From Acidobacteriota bacterium (lineage in GTDB: Bacteria; Acidobacteriota; UBA4820; DSQY01): a stretch of DNA of 64,000 bases. Positions 44,514 to 55,757 of this stretch are shown piece by piece. Under the pieces are notes generated by a model that had not been told where the DNA came from, did no database searches, and worked only from the letters and a program-made list of their open reading frames with translations. Each line of letters opens with the position of its first letter. The first letter of the stretch is position 1. Made by a program: the position numbers and the translations under genes. The stretch is from NCBI GenBank assembly GCA_037443845.1, contig JBBINO010000001.1, positions 61,368-125,367 on the forward strand, in the 5' to 3' direction.

Positions 44514-44635
44514 CCAGAAGCCATTCTATCACGGAAAGAAACCGGGGAAAAGGTGTGTTACTATCTCACTGAAGAAAGGCGACCCGGCCGCGAAATTAGC
44601 ATGGAGGCGCGCCGGGAGGGCGAAAAGGAGGCTCA

Positions 44636-46378
44636 ATGGCGGTCAGCGATCTGGTGGTGGGCGCCGTCGGAAGGGGCGGGGATGGCGTCATCCTCTCGGG
44701 CGAACTGCTCATGGCGTCGGCCGCGTCCAGGGGCTTGTACGGCTACATGGTACAGTCCTACGGGCCTCAGATAAGGGGCGGGGAGTCGTCCTTCCGGGCA
44801 AGGTTCAACGTGGAACAGGTCTCGTCGCCCGGTGATTTCCTGGACATCCTGGCCGTCTTTGATTGGGCGGCCTACAAGATGTTCAAGCAGGAGCTGCGGC
44901 CCAAGGAGGGCGCCTTCGTCTTGCACGACGAGGACAATCCAGCCCCCGAAGGAGAAATGGCGCCTGGCCGCATCATGGCGGCGCCATTCGCCAAGCTATC
45001 CAAATCATCCACGGGAGGCTTGCAAGCCAAGAACGTGGTGATGCTGGGCGTTCTTTGCGGGTTTTTTGAATTGGACGCGGAAGGGGTGAGGGCGGGCATA
45101 AAGAAAAAATTCGCAAAGAAAGGCGGCGAGGTGTTGGACAAGAATCTTGCCGCTTTTGAGGCCGGTTTCTCCTACGGCCAAGCAAACAGCACCGGCGAGA
45201 CGCAAAAGATGCGCCTTGACCACGTTCCAGGGCCCCCGAAGCTCGTCCTGTCTGGAAACGAGGCTCTGGCCTTGGGGGCGCTTCACGCCGGCTGCCGCTT
45301 CTACGCCGGCTACCCGATCACGCCCTCATCGGAAATACTCGAATTCATGGGAAAGAACATGTGGAAGTTTGGCGGAAGCTTCATCCAGGCCGAGGACGAG
45401 CTCGCCTCCATCGGAATGGTGCTGGGCGCCTCATTCGGGGGTACGAAGGCCATGACCGCCACGTCAGGCCCCGGCTTTTCCCTGATGACGGAGATGCTAG
45501 GCTTGGGCTCGATGATGGAAATACCGGCCGTCATAGTTGACGTCCAGCGGACGGGCCCCTCCACCGGCATTCCCACCAAGAGCGAGCAGAGCGACCTCTG
45601 GCAAGCCATCTTCGGTATGCACGGCGACGCGCCGCGCGTCGTACTGGCCCCTTCCGACGTGGAGGATTGCTTTCACGCAGCCGTAGATGCGTTCAACATC
45701 TCCGAGGAGTACCAATTGCCGGTCGTGATTCTGAGCGACCAACTGTTGGCCCAACGAAAGGTGACCCTCCCGTCGTTACCTCTGGACAAAGAGGTGGTAA
45801 GCCGGCGCACGCCCGCCGAGGGGGACGTGGAGGGCGGATACAAGCGGTACAAGCTCGGAAGCGGCGACGGCGTCTCGCCGATGGCGGTGCCTGGCGACCC
45901 TCGCGGCATCTATCAGACAACTGGCCTCGAACACAACGAAAAGGGAGAGCCAACCTCGTCTTTCGAGCTGCACGAGGCCATGAACGAGAAACGCTACAAG
46001 AAGCTCAAGGCGGTCGCCGAGCGATACCGCTACGTCAGGCGGTACGGCGCGGGCGAGCCGGAGGTGGGCATCCTCGCATGGGGCTCCAGCAAGGGGGCCA
46101 TTAAGGAGGCGGTCGCGAAGGCCAACGCAAAAGGGCTCAAGGTGGCGGCCTTCATCCCGGAGCTTCTCTACCCCTTCCCAAAGCACGAGCTCGAGGCCTT
46201 CCTCAGGCCGTTGAAGAAGATCGTCATCATCGAGCTCTCTTACGGGGGCCAGTTCTATAAGTACCTCAAGACCTTCCTGGAGCTTCCCGAGGAGCGCGTT
46301 CTTTTGAAAAAGCGCTCCGGCGGGGCGTTCCTTGGGGTGGCCGAAGTGGAATCGGCGATAGAGGAGGCCTTTCAATGA
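44636..46378 (+). CDS. korA: 2-oxoacid:ferredoxin oxidoreductase, fused gamma-alpha subunit (KorA-like)
   Basis: 580 aa. The N-terminal approximately 180 aa resembles the POR gamma domain, followed by the alpha (pyrimidine-binding) domain. The start overlaps korB. Confidence 0.85.
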   Translation: MAVSDLVVGAVGRGGDGVILSGELLMASAASRGLYGYMVQSYGPQIRGGESSFRARFNVEQVSSPGDFLDILAVFDWAAYKMFKQELRPKEGAFVLHDEDNPAPEGEMAPGRIMAAPFAKLSKSSTGGLQAKNVVMLGVLCGFFELDAEGVRAGIKKKFAKKGGEVLDKNLAAFEAGFSYGQANSTGETQKMRLDHVPGPPKLVLSGNEALALGALHAGCRFYAGYPITPSSEILEFMGKNMWKFGGSFIQAEDELASIGMVLGASFGGTKAMTATSGPGFSLMTEMLGLGSMMEIPAVIVDVQRTGPSTGIPTKSEQSDLWQAIFGMHGDAPRVVLAPSDVEDCFHAAVDAFNISEEYQLPVVILSDQLLAQRKVTLPSLPLDKEVVSRRTPAEGDVEGGYKRYKLGSGDGVSPMAVPGDPRGIYQTTGLEHNEKGEPTSSFELHEAMNEKRYKKLKAVAERYRYVRRYGAGEPEVGILAWGSSKGAIKEAVAKANAKGLKVAAFIPELLYPFPKHELEAFLRPLKKIVIIELSYGGQFYKYLKTFLELPEERVLLKKRSGGAFLGVAEVESAIEEAFQ

Positions 46379-47241
46379 GCGAGCAAGCCGCCAGGAAACC
46401 AAACGATTACAAAAGCTCGCTGAAACCGGTCTGGTGCCCCGGTTGCGGCGATTTCGGCGTGGTGGCGGCGCTCTACCGGGCGCTCTCCCAGCTCCAGATC
46501 CCGCAGGAGAAGATCGCCGTTCTTTCGGGAATCGGCTGCTCCTCGAGGCTTCCCGGCTACATGGCCACTTACGGCTTCAACGGCGTCCACGGCCGCGCCC
46601 TGCCGGTGGCGACCGGCCTCAAGGCGTCGAGGCCCGACCTGACGGTCATCGTGGCTGCCGGAGACGGCGACGGCGTCTCCATAGGGGCGGGCCACTTTAT
46701 CCACGCGGCCAGGCGCAACGCCGACGTTACCTACGTGATGATGGACAACCAGATCTACGGGCTGACCAAGGGCCAGGTGGCGCCGACGACGCCGCAGGGT
46801 GACAAGACGAAATCGACTCTGTACGGAAATCCCGACCCGCCAGTTGATCCTTGCGAGCTCGCGCTCGCGGCCGGGGCTACCTTCGTGGCGAGGACCTTTT
46901 CGGCGGACATGAAGGGCGAGGTGGATATCCTCTGCCAGGCCATCACGCACAAGGGATTCTCCATCGTGGACATCATAAGCCCATGCGTCACCTTCCGCGG
47001 CGACGACCAGTACGATTTCTGGAAGCCCAAACTGAGGGCCTTGCCCGAAGGGTACGCGCCCAACAGCAGGACCGAGGCGCTCAGGTTCTGCCGCGAGGAG
47101 GGCGTCCTGACGACGGGAATTCTCTTCAGGGACGAGCGCCCCGGACTCGTCGAGCACCAGGAGCAGATCCGAAAATCGGCTGGCTTCAACCCCGCCTCGC
47201 CGTCCAAGGCCGAGGAGCTGGTGAGAGGCTTCTACCCCTGA
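46375..47241 (+). CDS. korB: 2-oxoacid:ferredoxin oxidoreductase beta (TPP-binding) subunit
   Basis: 288 aa with PVWCPGCGDFG, GIGCSSRLPGY and the TPP GDG motif VAAGDGDG. Confidence 0.9.
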   Translation: MSEQAARKPNDYKSSLKPVWCPGCGDFGVVAALYRALSQLQIPQEKIAVLSGIGCSSRLPGYMATYGFNGVHGRALPVATGLKASRPDLTVIVAAGDGDGVSIGAGHFIHAARRNADVTYVMMDNQIYGLTKGQVAPTTPQGDKTKSTLYGNPDPPVDPCELALAAGATFVARTFSADMKGEVDILCQAITHKGFSIVDIISPCVTFRGDDQYDFWKPKLRALPEGYAPNSRTEALRFCREEGVLTTGILFRDERPGLVEHQEQIRKSAGFNPASPSKAEELVRGFYP

Positions 47242-47248
47242 AGGCGGC

Positions 47249-48298
47249 TCACCCCTTCAGGCTGGCCATGTCGATGACGAAGCGGTAGCGGACGTCCCCC
47301 TTCACGACGCGCTCGTACGCCTCGTTGATCTTCTGGACCGGGATCACCTCGATGTCCGAGACGATGTTGTGCTTCGAGCAGTAGTCGAGCATCTCCTGCG
47401 TTTCCTTGATCCCGCCAATCAGCGAGCCCGCGAGGCGCTTGTTGCCTCCGATCAGCGAGTGGGCGTGAAGGGGAATCGCCTCTGGCGGCACGCCGACGAC
47501 CACCATCGTCCCTTGAACCTTCAACAGTCCCAAATACTTGTTGTAGTCGTGAGGGGCCGAGATCGTGTCGAGGATGAGGTCGAAGTAGCCGGAAAGCTTC
47601 GCGAACGTCGCCTCTTCGCTCGTCAGCGCGAACTTTGCGGCGCCAAGCCTCTTTGCGTCCGCCTCCTTCTTGCGCGAGGTGCTGAGCATGGTCACCTCGG
47701 CGCCCATTGAAGACGCCAGCTTCACTGCCATGTGGCCGAGGCCTCCGAGCCCGACGACGCCCACGCGGTCGCCCTTCTTGCAGTTCCACCGCCTGAGGGG
47801 GGAGTAGGTGGTGATTCCGGCGCAAAGAAGCGGCGCAGCTCCAGCCGGGTCAAGGTTTTCCGGAACCTTGAGGACGAATCTCTCGTCAACGACGACCTGG
47901 GTGGAGTAGCCCCCGAAGGTCGGCGTCTTGCGGTCCATTTCCGTGGAGTTGTACGACCATGCACAACCCTTTTCGCAGAACTGCTCGAGATCCTCGGCGC
48001 AGGGGCCGCATTCCCTGCACGAGTCAACCATGCAGCCGACGCCGGCCATGTCGCCGGCCTTCAATTTCTTGACTCGCTCTCCAACCTTGGCGACGCGCCC
48101 CACGATCTCATGGCCTGGGACCATGGGGAAGAGGCCGCCTCCCCATTCGTCCTTGACCTGGTGAATGTCCGAGTGGCAGACGCCGCAGTAGAGGACGTCT
48201 ATCACTACGTCGTGGTCCCCAGGCTCGCGCCGCTCAACCGTGAACGGGGCGAGCTGCGCCCTGGGCGAAGCGGCGGCGTATGCGGAAACTTTTGTCAT
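47249..48298 (-). CDS. Zinc-dependent NADP-linked alcohol dehydrogenase (cinnamyl-ADH subfamily)
   Basis: 349 aa with GVCHSD, a structural-zinc Cys cluster (CRECGPCAEDLEQFC) and GLGGLGHMAVK. Confidence 0.85.
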   Translation of the reverse strand: MTKVSAYAAASPRAQLAPFTVERREPGDHDVVIDVLYCGVCHSDIHQVKDEWGGGLFPMVPGHEIVGRVAKVGERVKKLKAGDMAGVGCMVDSCRECGPCAEDLEQFCEKGCAWSYNSTEMDRKTPTFGGYSTQVVVDERFVLKVPENLDPAGAAPLLCAGITTYSPLRRWNCKKGDRVGVVGLGGLGHMAVKLASSMGAEVTMLSTSRKKEADAKRLGAAKFALTSEEATFAKLSGYFDLILDTISAPHDYNKYLGLLKVQGTMVVVGVPPEAIPLHAHSLIGGNKRLAGSLIGGIKETQEMLDYCSKHNIVSDIEVIPVQKINEAYERVVKGDVRYRFVIDMASLKG

Positions 48299-48343
48299 TT
48301 GGAACCTCCTCGCTTTCTTGTCCGCCTCGGCGAGAGGCGCGAT

Positions 48344-49333
<990 letters not shown>

Positions 49334-49410
49334 CAGAGGACTCCTCGCGCCCGAATGCGGGCGCAGCGACGCCACTATTGTAACTCTTGCGATGCGCCGC
49401 GGCTCTTTTG

Positions 49411-50031
49411 TCAGGCAAACCGGGCGATGCGCGAAAGTGGATGACGGTGGTGCGGGAATCCCTCTTCCGCCCCCTTGCCGATCGCCACGATCGCCGGTAT
49501 GCGGACGTGGGAAGGGAGCCCGAGAAGCTTCTTGACCGCCTCGGGGTCGAAACCCAGCATCGGCGAGGTTTGATAGCCGTGCGCCTCGGCGGCGAGCATC
49601 AAATAACCAAGGGCGATGTAGCCCTGGCCGGCACCGAAAGCTTCACGGTCCGCTTCGCTCAGGGGGGTATAGGAATTCAAGACGAGCGAGCGGAAACGGT
49701 CCCGCTCCTCGCCCTTCATCCCCGGCGGAATTATCTCGTCAACCTTCGCCAGCACGTCGGCCATATCGGTGTAAAGGACGATGACCGCCGGGGCGGAGGT
49801 GACTTGGCGCTGGTTGTAAGCCGCTTCGGCCAGCTTCGCCTTGATCTCCGGGTTCTCCACGACCACGAACCGCCAAGGCTGAATGTTGAAGGACGACGGC
49901 GCAAGCCCGGCCAGCCTGATAATCTCCTCCATGTCGCTTCGCGGTACCGGGCTTGGAAGATACTTCCTGATGGAGCGCCTTTTCTCGGCCGCCTCGTCAA
50001 CCGTCAATATCTTTTCGTTCTTGTTGCTCAT
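49411..50031 (-). CDS. NAD(P)H nitroreductase family protein
   Basis: 206 aa with RRSIRKY and [13 protein letters not shown]. Confidence 0.8.
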   Translation of the reverse strand: MSNKNEKILTVDEAAEKRRSIRKYLPSPVPRSDMEEIIRLAGLAPSSFNIQPWRFVVVENPEIKAKLAEAAYNQRQVTSAPAVIVLYTDMADVLAKVDEIIPPGMKGEERDRFRSLVLNSYTPLSEADREAFGAGQGYIALGYLMLAAEAHGYQTSPMLGFDPEAVKKLLGLPSHVRIPAIVAIGKGAEEGFPHHRHPLSRIARFA

Positions 50032-50082
50032 GCATCATCTCCTTCATGGCGGCATCAGCGCCACCACCGCTTCTTTTAACCC

Positions 50083-53049
50083 CTAAGAGCGGGGCGATAT
50101 TTCGCCAGCGGCGGCGAAACGGCTGTTCCATGAAGCCAGGACGGTCTTCCTGCAAGCCGCCAGCATATCTTGGGCGCGGGAGAATTCCGGCGCCACGGAG
50201 GCCAGCGCCGCCAAGGCCGCGTTGCGGTCCTTGAGGGCCGGAGGGCGCGCGAAAAACATCCTTGAATGGAGAAGGAGGCTCTCCTGCCGCGCCCACGCCT
50301 CCCTGATGGCGGCCTCTTCGCCTGGCGCGAAAGCGCCTCTTTCGCCGAGCGCCTTGATCAGGGCCGGCGTCCCGCCCGGGCGCGATTCCGCCTTGTAACG
50401 GAGCTGAAGAAGGAACAGCAGCACGTGAATCTCGAAAAGCCCTCCCCGCGAAAACTTCAGCTCTCCTTCGAGCGTGGGCGAGCTTTTTTCCAGCCTCGCC
50501 AGGAGGCCAGCAAGGCGGGCCGGGGCGCCCTCCGGCAGCGGCCGGCCCATGATCATCTCCCGTGCCGCGCTGGCCGCAGCCGTTCCCATGGCGACGTTTC
50601 CGGCGACGGCGCGCGCTTTGAGGTAGGAGAGCTTCTCCCATTCTTGGGCGCCGGGTGAGCTGAAATAAGAGGAGAGGGCGCCGCTGGAGACCAAAGCGGG
50701 GCCCGAGTCCCCGTGGGGGCGGAGCCTCATGTCCACCTGATAGAGCGCGCCGTACCGGGTGATGCCGGCCAGCGCGCGGACGAGCCCGCGCACCAGTTGG
50801 ATTTCAATCGAGGCCGAACGTTCCGGATCACGGGGCAGAAGCCAGTCGCCATCTTTCAAGAGGACGATGTCCAGGTCCGAGCCGGGAAGCATCTCCCCGA
50901 AGCCGAGCCTGCCAAGGCCGAGAATGCAGACCCCGTCCATCAGGAGCCCCTTCTCCACGCCCTCCTTGCGCGCCAGTTCGGCGGCCGATTCGGCAAGGGC
51001 CGCGCCCAACACCTCCGAAGCAAGGCGGGTGTGCCAATCGTGGGCCGCTTCAACGCCGCTTTCCGGAACGAGGGTGGAAGCCGCGGCGAAGCGGAAAAGG
51101 GCCCGTTTGTGGGCAAAGCGAAGCCGCTCGCCCTCCGGCGAGCCCTGAAGGACGGAGACGAGAGGCTCGCTCAGGCTCCTTATAGCGCCAAAGGAGAGTT
51201 CCGCCGCCAGCTCGGGCCACCTCTGCGTCCAATCGAAAAGCAGCGGGCAGCGGACGGTCAGTTTCAGCAGGAGCGCCAGCGTCATGGGCCGTGCAATGAG
51301 AAGGGGAACGAGTCCGGGCTGGGAGGCGAGCGAGGGGACTAGCTTGCAGAAACTTAGGAGCGCCTGCAGCGGGTCCGGCGATGCCGCCGCCTCGTCGGCG
51401 AGAGCGCCGAGGGAGACGGCGAGAGCCGAAGGGTCTTCTTGAGTGCCCCCTTCCCGCGATAGCATCCGGGCCGCTTCGGAGAAGAGGGGCAGCGCCCGGC
51501 CCGTGTCCGCGATTTTCGCCCGGGCCAGCAGTTTCACAAGCGACTCCGGAGCGAGCGGCTCCCCCTCGCCGCCGGCCGCGCCCAGCCTGTTTGTCACCTC
51601 CGCGAAGAATCGGGAGAGCGCGGCGCGGCTTTCGCCGAGCGCCCGTTTCAACGGGGGCGCGCCTTCGAAGGAGAGAAATCTCGAAAGCGCCTCCATCGCC
51701 TCGCCCCCCTCGGGAATCGAATGGGCCTGGCGCATAGCCTGAACCTGGGCGAAGTGTTCCGCCCTGCGCAGCAGGAGATATGCGCGGATGACTTCCCCGC
51801 GTTCACAATCCCCGATTAGGCCGCGCTGCCTGAGGCGCGCCAGCGCCAGCAGGGTTCCTGGTTCCCGAAGCCACGAATCCTTCGGGCCATAGGCGAGCTG
51901 GAGCGCCTGCACGGCGAACTCCGCGTCCCTCAAGCCGCCTGGCCCCTCCTTGATGTCGGAGCCGGCCTTACCGCCCGGGCCTCTTTCAAGCTGGGCGATC
52001 GTTTGCCGGCGCATGGAACGGACGGCCTCGCCTATCGCTTCCGGCGGGGCTGGCCTGTAAATCAGGGGCTCCATCTCCTTGAGGAACCGTTCCCCCGCGG
52101 CGATCTCCCCCGCGACGGGCCGCGCCTTGATCCACGCCTGCCTTTCCCACGTCTCCGCGAAGGCCCGGTAGTAACCCAGGGCCGCGCCGAAAGAGAGCGT
52201 CAGTTCACCGTCCCGCCCCCTCGGCCTAAGGTTCGGGTCAATCCTCAGGGACGCCCCGTACGGGGTGGGCCTCGAAAGGAGGGCGATAGCCTGGCGCACC
52301 CAGGCGTTGAAGAACGCGGAGTTTGAAACCATGCGGTCGGTCTCGCCTTCATCCTCGAAGAAGAAGACCAGATCAACGTCCGAGGAGTAATTCAGCTCCC
52401 CACCGCCCAGCTTCCCCAGTCCGAAAACGGCAAGCGAGCTTTGGACGGGGCGCCCGTCCGGCCCCCGCTTCTGGGGCATCCCAAGCTTCTCGCGAATCTC
52501 CTGGTAGGTCAGCGACAGCGCCCTCTGAATCAAGACCTCGGCGAGGAATGAAAGCTCGCGGGTCACCTCCTCGAAAGAGAGGAGGCCGTGCATGTCCTGC
52601 AAAAGAATCCTGGCCGACTGGAGAAGCTTAAAGAGAGCGAGACCCGAAGCGTTCTCGGAGGGCGAAATTCCCAGGAGGTGGCGCCCAAGGGCTTCGTCCA
52701 TCCGCTCCCTGCCCAAGCCTCCCTGGGTACGGCTCTGCGAGCTGACCATTTTCAAATAACGGTCGTTGGAGAGGAGCGCCAGGAAGAGCGGCTCGCTCGT
52801 CCCCGCGAGGTAGGCCAGATCCAGAAAGAGAATTTCATCCTCGGGAAGCGGCTTCGATTCGGCCCAGCGCCCCAGTAGGGAGAGCGAGCGTCTCAAGCCG
52901 GGTATCCGGTTCTTGTGGGCGGCGAGGAGCGCCGCGAAGGCCGGGGTGAGCCAGGAAGGGCGAAAGGGCAATTCCTCCATCGCGCCTAGTTTAACCAATC
53001 GGCGCGGCCCGCGCCATAGCGCCAGCCTTGACAGTGCCTCAAGAGACAA
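50083..53049 (-). CDS. glnE: Bifunctional glutamine synthetase adenylyltransferase/adenylyl-removing enzyme GlnE
   Basis: 988 aa with two nucleotidyltransferase modules (SSDVDLVFFFED and GSDLDIVLLKDGD). Confidence 0.8.
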   Translation of the reverse strand: MSLEALSRLALWRGPRRLVKLGAMEELPFRPSWLTPAFAALLAAHKNRIPGLRRSLSLLGRWAESKPLPEDEILFLDLAYLAGTSEPLFLALLSNDRYLKMVSSQSRTQGGLGRERMDEALGRHLLGISPSENASGLALFKLLQSARILLQDMHGLLSFEEVTRELSFLAEVLIQRALSLTYQEIREKLGMPQKRGPDGRPVQSSLAVFGLGKLGGGELNYSSDVDLVFFFEDEGETDRMVSNSAFFNAWVRQAIALLSRPTPYGASLRIDPNLRPRGRDGELTLSFGAALGYYRAFAETWERQAWIKARPVAGEIAAGERFLKEMEPLIYRPAPPEAIGEAVRSMRRQTIAQLERGPGGKAGSDIKEGPGGLRDAEFAVQALQLAYGPKDSWLREPGTLLALARLRQRGLIGDCERGEVIRAYLLLRRAEHFAQVQAMRQAHSIPEGGEAMEALSRFLSFEGAPPLKRALGESRAALSRFFAEVTNRLGAAGGEGEPLAPESLVKLLARAKIADTGRALPLFSEAARMLSREGGTQEDPSALAVSLGALADEAAASPDPLQALLSFCKLVPSLASQPGLVPLLIARPMTLALLLKLTVRCPLLFDWTQRWPELAAELSFGAIRSLSEPLVSVLQGSPEGERLRFAHKRALFRFAAASTLVPESGVEAAHDWHTRLASEVLGAALAESAAELARKEGVEKGLLMDGVCILGLGRLGFGEMLPGSDLDIVLLKDGDWLLPRDPERSASIEIQLVRGLVRALAGITRYGALYQVDMRLRPHGDSGPALVSSGALSSYFSSPGAQEWEKLSYLKARAVAGNVAMGTAAASAAREMIMGRPLPEGAPARLAGLLARLEKSSPTLEGELKFSRGGLFEIHVLLFLLQLRYKAESRPGGTPALIKALGERGAFAPGEEAAIREAWARQESLLLHSRMFFARPPALKDRNAALAALASVAPEFSRAQDMLAACRKTVLASWNSRFAAAGEISPRS

Positions 53050-53067
53050 TTATTCTTTTGCCTGGAG

Positions 53068-53433
53068 GTGGAAATGGAGCCGGTCGTTCTCATCATGACC
53101 ACGGTGGGATCGGAGGAGCAGGGAATACAGATAGCGCAGGCGGTGGTCGAGCGAGGCCAGGCCGCCTGCGTGAACATAGTAAAGCACATCAGGTCCATAT
53201 ACCGCTGGAAGGGCGAGATATGGGACGACGACGAGTACCTGCTCATGATCAAGACGCGCGAGTCGCTCTTCGGCGCGGTGCGTGAGACGATCCGCTCGCT
53301 CCACAGTTATGAACTTCCCGAAGTGCTATGCGTGCCGGTCGGCAAGCTTGACGATCGCGTTCAAGGCTGGATAATGGACACAACCGTCAGCGATGCAAAG
53401 CCTCAGGCCGGAAAGCCAAGCGCGAAGGATTAA
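53068..53433 (+). CDS. cutA: Divalent-cation tolerance protein CutA
   Basis: 121 aa containing YRWKGEI...SYELPEVL. Confidence 0.8.
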   Translation: MEMEPVVLIMTTVGSEEQGIQIAQAVVERGQAACVNIVKHIRSIYRWKGEIWDDDEYLLMIKTRESLFGAVRETIRSLHSYELPEVLCVPVGKLDDRVQGWIMDTTVSDAKPQAGKPSAKD

Positions 53434-53460
53434 AAAAGGCCCGGCGCCAGGCTTCGGGCC
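53432..53460 (-). terminator. Rho-independent terminator for the minus-strand thiolase gene
   Basis: Minus strand shows a ggcccg/cgggcc hairpin followed by TTTTTTA. Confidence 0.5.
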
Positions 53461-53512
53461 GTTGACTGAAGATGCTTTGCCGACGGCCCTCGGCCTGCCG
53501 CCTGGCAACCTC

Positions 53513-54694
53513 TTATATCCGCTCCACGGCCATCGCAACGCCGTTTCCGCCGCCCAGACACAGAGAAACGATTCCGCGCTTGAGCCCGCGGTTCTTGAGC
53601 GCGTATAAAAGGGTCATCAGGCAACGCGTCCCGGAGCCGCCGATAGGGTGGCCGATGGCGACCGCTCCGCCGTTGACGTTGACCTTTTCGGCGGGCAGGG
53701 AAAGCTCCCTGAGGAGCGCGACGGACTGCGCCGCGAAAGCCTCGTTCAGCTCGAAGAGGTCAACGGACTTCAGCTCCCAGCCCGCCTTTTCCGCCGCCAT
53801 TCTGACGGCGGGGGCGGGGGTCATCATCACCCATTTCGGCTCGAGGCCGGAAGTGGCGTAGGAGACGATGCGCGCCAGCGGCTCGACGCCCTTCTTCTTC
53901 GCGGTCTCCATTGTCGTGACTACGACCGCGGCCGCGCCGTCGGAAATCTGGCTGGCGTTTCCCGCGGTGACGACCCCATCCTTCGTGAATGCGGGCCTTA
54001 GCTTCGCCAGCCCTTCGGCCGTGACGTCAGGGCGCACCCCTTCGTCCGCCCTGAACAAGACCGGATCGCCCTTCTTCTGGGGAATCGGAAAAGCGAAAGT
54101 TTCGGCGTCGAACCGTCCCTGCTTCCACGCCTCGCTGGCGCGCCGGTGGCTCTCGGCCGAGTAGGCGTCCATCTCCTGCCTCGTCACGTTCTTCTCGCGG
54201 GCGACCAGTTCGGCTGTCATCCCCATGTGCTCGCCGTCGTAGGCATCCGTCAGGCCGTCGGCGACCATCACGTCCTCGATCTTTCCATGGCCGAGGCGGT
54301 AGCCGCCGCGCGCGTTTCTCAAGATGTATGGCGCGTTGGTCATTGACTCCATGCCGCCCGCAACGACGAGCGAAGCGTCGCCCGCCTTGATCGCCTGGGC
54401 CGCCAGCATCACCGACTTCAGGCCCGAGCCGCAAACCTTGTTCACCGTGAAAGCCGCGACGCTGCACGGGAGGCCCGCTCCCAGCGCCGCCTGGCGCGCC
54501 GGATTCTGGCCGACGCCGGCCTGGAGGACGTTTCCGAGTATCACCTCCTCGGCCTCCTCGGCCTTGACGGCGCCCCGGCCGAGCGCCTCCTTGACTGCCG
54601 CCGAGCCTATCTGCGGCGCGGTGAAAGGGGCGAGAGAACCGTTGAACCGGCCCACGCCGGTCCTTGCTCCGGAAAGAATGACAACGTCCGCCAT
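53513..54694 (-). CDS. Acetyl-CoA C-acetyltransferase (thiolase II)
   Basis: MADVVILSGARTG, the active-site Cys in NKVCGSGL, and C-terminal GGGNGVAMAVE. Confidence 0.85.
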   Translation of the reverse strand: MADVVILSGARTGVGRFNGSLAPFTAPQIGSAAVKEALGRGAVKAEEAEEVILGNVLQAGVGQNPARQAALGAGLPCSVAAFTVNKVCGSGLKSVMLAAQAIKAGDASLVVAGGMESMTNAPYILRNARGGYRLGHGKIEDVMVADGLTDAYDGEHMGMTAELVAREKNVTRQEMDAYSAESHRRASEAWKQGRFDAETFAFPIPQKKGDPVLFRADEGVRPDVTAEGLAKLRPAFTKDGVVTAGNASQISDGAAAVVVTTMETAKKKGVEPLARIVSYATSGLEPKWVMMTPAPAVRMAAEKAGWELKSVDLFELNEAFAAQSVALLRELSLPAEKVNVNGGAVAIGHPIGGSGTRCLMTLLYALKNRGLKRGIVSLCLGGGNGVAMAVERI

Positions 54695-54704
54695 CGCTTC
54701 CTCC

Positions 54705-55757
54705 TTAGGCTGAAATGGTCTTTGCGTCCAAATCCGCGGCAACCAGCAGCGCGCGGCATTCATTCAGAACCCTGCGCCTCGCCTCCTCCAGCGTGGTCCG
54801 AACCGAGAAGCCGGCCGCCAGCGGATGGCCGCCGCCGCCGAAAACGTGGGCGAGGTCGCTCACCTTGACGCGCCCCTTGCCGCGGGCCGAGACTTTAATA
54901 TAGCCCGAATCCATCTCTACGAACAGCAGCGCTATCTCGACTCCCTCGAGCGAGAGAGGTATGTTGACAATGTCGGGCATCTCCATCGGGTCTATCGTGT
55001 AGCGGCGCAGCATCTCGCTTGAAACCAGGCCGCAGGCCACGCGCCCGTCCGAACAGAGCTCTACGTTATCTATGACCTCGCCTTCGAGCTTGACCTCGGC
55101 GAGCGAGCGGCGCCAGTGCAAGTTCACGTGGACGTAGTACGGCCTCGCCCCGGCCTCTACCAGCGCGCCGGCCATGCGGAACGTTTCCGGCCTGCACCGT
55201 TCGTAGGAGAAGTTGCCCGAATCAACTACGAGAGAGGTGTAGAGCGGCGTGGCCACGCTGGGCGTTAGCTCAGCGCCCATGACCTTGAGGAGGTGGAAAA
55301 GGACCTCTCCCGTCGCGTTCAGTTCCGGGTCGCACAGCAGGTGGTCGAAAAGTGGCTCCGTGTCCAGATGGTGGTCCAGGCAAATCTTGGTCGCCGAGCT
55401 TCGGCGAAGCGGCTCCTCCAGCCTTCCCAGGCGGTAGCCGAGCCCCACGTCCAGCACGACGGCCGTGTCCGTTTGCTGGATGAACCGGTCATCCCTAGCG
55501 GGGTCGTAAATGAGAATCTCGTCCGGCCCCGCCAGAAGGAAGCGAAGGGGATGGGGGACCACGGTGTCGTTGATGATCCTCACTTCCGCTCCCCTCGCGC
55601 GAAGCGCCCTGGCCAGGGCCAATTCGCAGCCTATCCCGTCCCCGTCGCTCTTGATGTGCGTCGTGATCCAGATGCGGCGCGCCGTTTGCAGCGCCCGCGC
55701 CGCGGCGGAGACCGAGTCGGCCGCAAGGCGCGCGCCGTTGAAGTTCGCGTCAGCCAC
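54705..55757 (-). CDS. nrnA: DHH/DHHA1 phosphoesterase (NrnA-like oligoribonuclease/pAp phosphatase)
   Basis: 350 aa with HIKSDGDGIGC, DHH and C-terminal GGGH motifs. Confidence 0.75.
   Translation of the reverse strand: MADANFNGARLAADSVSAAARALQTARRIWITTHIKSDGDGIGCELALARALRARGAEVRIINDTVVPHPLRFLLAGPDEILIYDPARDDRFIQQTDTAVVLDVGLGYRLGRLEEPLRRSSATKICLDHHLDTEPLFDHLLCDPELNATGEVLFHLLKVMGAELTPSVATPLYTSLVVDSGNFSYERCRPETFRMAGALVEAGARPYYVHVNLHWRRSLAEVKLEGEVIDNVELCSDGRVACGLVSSEMLRRYTIDPMEMPDIVNIPLSLEGVEIALLFVEMDSGYIKVSARGKGRVKVSDLAHVFGGGGHPLAAGFSVRTTLEEARRRVLNECRALLVAADLDAKTISA

Noticed and set aside
44482-44532. Longer dnaA start (MIEWLLVFHTCGKVVDN...) from the ORF track
   Set aside because: It would place three DnaA boxes inside coding sequence, and the peptide does not resemble DnaA N-termini. 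ATG 44481 preceded by boxes is more plausible.
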